A stretch of 64,000 nt of DNA. Source: Myxococcales bacterium. Lineage in GTDB: Bacteria; Myxococcota_A; Polyangia; Polyangiales; Polyangiaceae. The DNA is taken from contig JAYTOU010000091.1 of NCBI GenBank assembly GCA_043747615.1, positions 1-64,000 on the forward strand. The letters are read 5' to 3'. Every line of letters begins with the position of its first letter. Position 1 is the stretch's first letter. The notes beneath the pieces are model-generated. The model searched no databases, was not told where the DNA came from, and worked only from the letters and a program-made list of their open reading frames with translations. The position numbers and the translations under genes were made by a program. Shown here piece after piece: positions 63,090 through 64,000 of this stretch.

Positions 63090-63743
63090 ATGGCGACGAC
63101 GAAAAAGAATGCGGTGCAAAAGGCGACAAAAACGCCTGCTGCAGGTGTCAACGGAGCTGGCAAAGCTTCCGCTGCCAAGGGGAAGGACGACAAGGGGGGC
63201 AAGCGCAAGCTGGGATTGCGCGGTGCAGCGCCGTGGGCCGCAAGGCACGCCGCGAAGCACGCCGCGGAGGCACGCGCCCGCGCGGCCGAGCCACCGCTTC
63301 CTGGAAGCGCCCGAGCGACGATTCGTACGCCTTCCGGGGCGGACGACATCAAGCAAAAGATCGGCGATCTTCACAACTCGCTTGTCCAAATCAAGTCGCT
63401 CAGGAAAAACCTGGCGAAGAGCTTCTACGATATCGGGCACATCCTCCGCGATATCCAGGCCAAGCGCCTGTACGAAGCCAAGGGCTACGGCACCTTCGAG
63501 GCGTTCCTCGAGCGCGAGATCGATCTCGGGAAGACCACCGCACTTCGCCTCGTGCGCGTGGTCGCGACCTTCCTGAAGGAAGCGGCCCAAGAGCACGGCA
63601 TGGAGCGTGTGATGAACGCTCTGTCGGCGCTCGAAGCCGTCGCCGACTCCACGCTGGAAACGACTGGCACCAAGGGGCCTGGCAAGGTCCCCCCGGCTCC
63701 CGTGTCGACCACGGCGTTACCGCTACGCCCGCCCGGTCGCTGA
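63090..63743 (+). CDS. Hypothetical DNA-binding protein (basic tail + DUF3102-like domain)
   Basis: K/A-rich N-terminus; FYDIGHIL..YEAKGYGTFEAFLEREIDLGKTTALRLVRV. Confidence 0.65.
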   Translation: MATTKKNAVQKATKTPAAGVNGAGKASAAKGKDDKGGKRKLGLRGAAPWAARHAAKHAAEARARAAEPPLPGSARATIRTPSGADDIKQKIGDLHNSLVQIKSLRKNLAKSFYDIGHILRDIQAKRLYEAKGYGTFEAFLEREIDLGKTTALRLVRVVATFLKEAAQEHGMERVMNALSALEAVADSTLETTGTKGPGKVPPAPVSTTALPLRPPGR

Positions 63744-63781
63744 CAATCCGTTGCTGGTAAGCCAACGGCGGGTCGCGGCGA

Positions 63782-64000
63782 CTAGCGGCCCGTCGGTATA
63801 GACACGCGCACGCGGGTACCAACGCCGCGTTCGCTCTCGATTTGCACGGTGCCGCCGTGCTGGTCGACGATTTTTCGCACGATGGAGAGCCCGAGCCCAG
63901 TGCCGGCCTCTTTCGTAGTGAAGAAGGGATCGAACACGTTCGCGATCAGCTCGGGCTCGATGCCCGCGCCGGTGTCGGTGATGTCGAGCGTCACTTCTGC
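63782..64000 (-). CDS. Histidine kinase C-terminal HATPase domain, partial (5' part outside window)
   Basis: DTGAGI, FDPFFTTK, GTGLGL, HGG, GT boxes. Confidence 0.85.
   Translation of the reverse strand, partial: AEVTLDITDTGAGIEPELIANVFDPFFTTKEAGTGLGLSIVRKIVDQHGGTVQIESERGVGTRVRVSIPTGR

Overview
A GC-rich bacterial chromosomal segment. Gene content (MglA-like GTPase, many Cys-rich lipoproteins, TPR/PEGA proteins, class II photolyase, NrdJ) suggests Myxococcota, probably Polyangia; this is inference. It holds about 55 tightly packed CDS. Housekeeping genes include an rlmN-like gene, tatBC, rsfS, proA, thrC, katE, mce, plsB, split cysG, trmFO, rel, hemW, an M16 peptidase pair, yhbY, nrdJ, thiL, bcp and thrB, interleaved with uncharacterised envelope proteins. 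I saw no rRNA, tRNA, CRISPR array, transposase or integrase. Best candidates for undescribed systems: (1) a 7.7-kb operon encoding a 993-aa lipoprotein, a 1194-aa metzincin lipoprotein and a predicted beta-barrel; (2) two homologous TPR plus hydrophobic-hairpin plus VTPHGGG..F genes, each directly followed by a lipoprotein starting C-E-x-x-V, a possible lipoprotein display/export module; (3) an MglA-type GTPase without MglB, coupled to a PocR-domain histidine kinase; (4) an M48 protease coupled to a dynamin-like GTPase. Other observations: a PHM-like copper monooxygenase with His in place of the CuM Met, an internally deleted cytochrome P450 relic, tandem NrdR boxes, a shared palindrome upstream of two lipoprotein genes, and candidate XRE-cupin operators. 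All calls come from motif recognition by eye; no database search was run.
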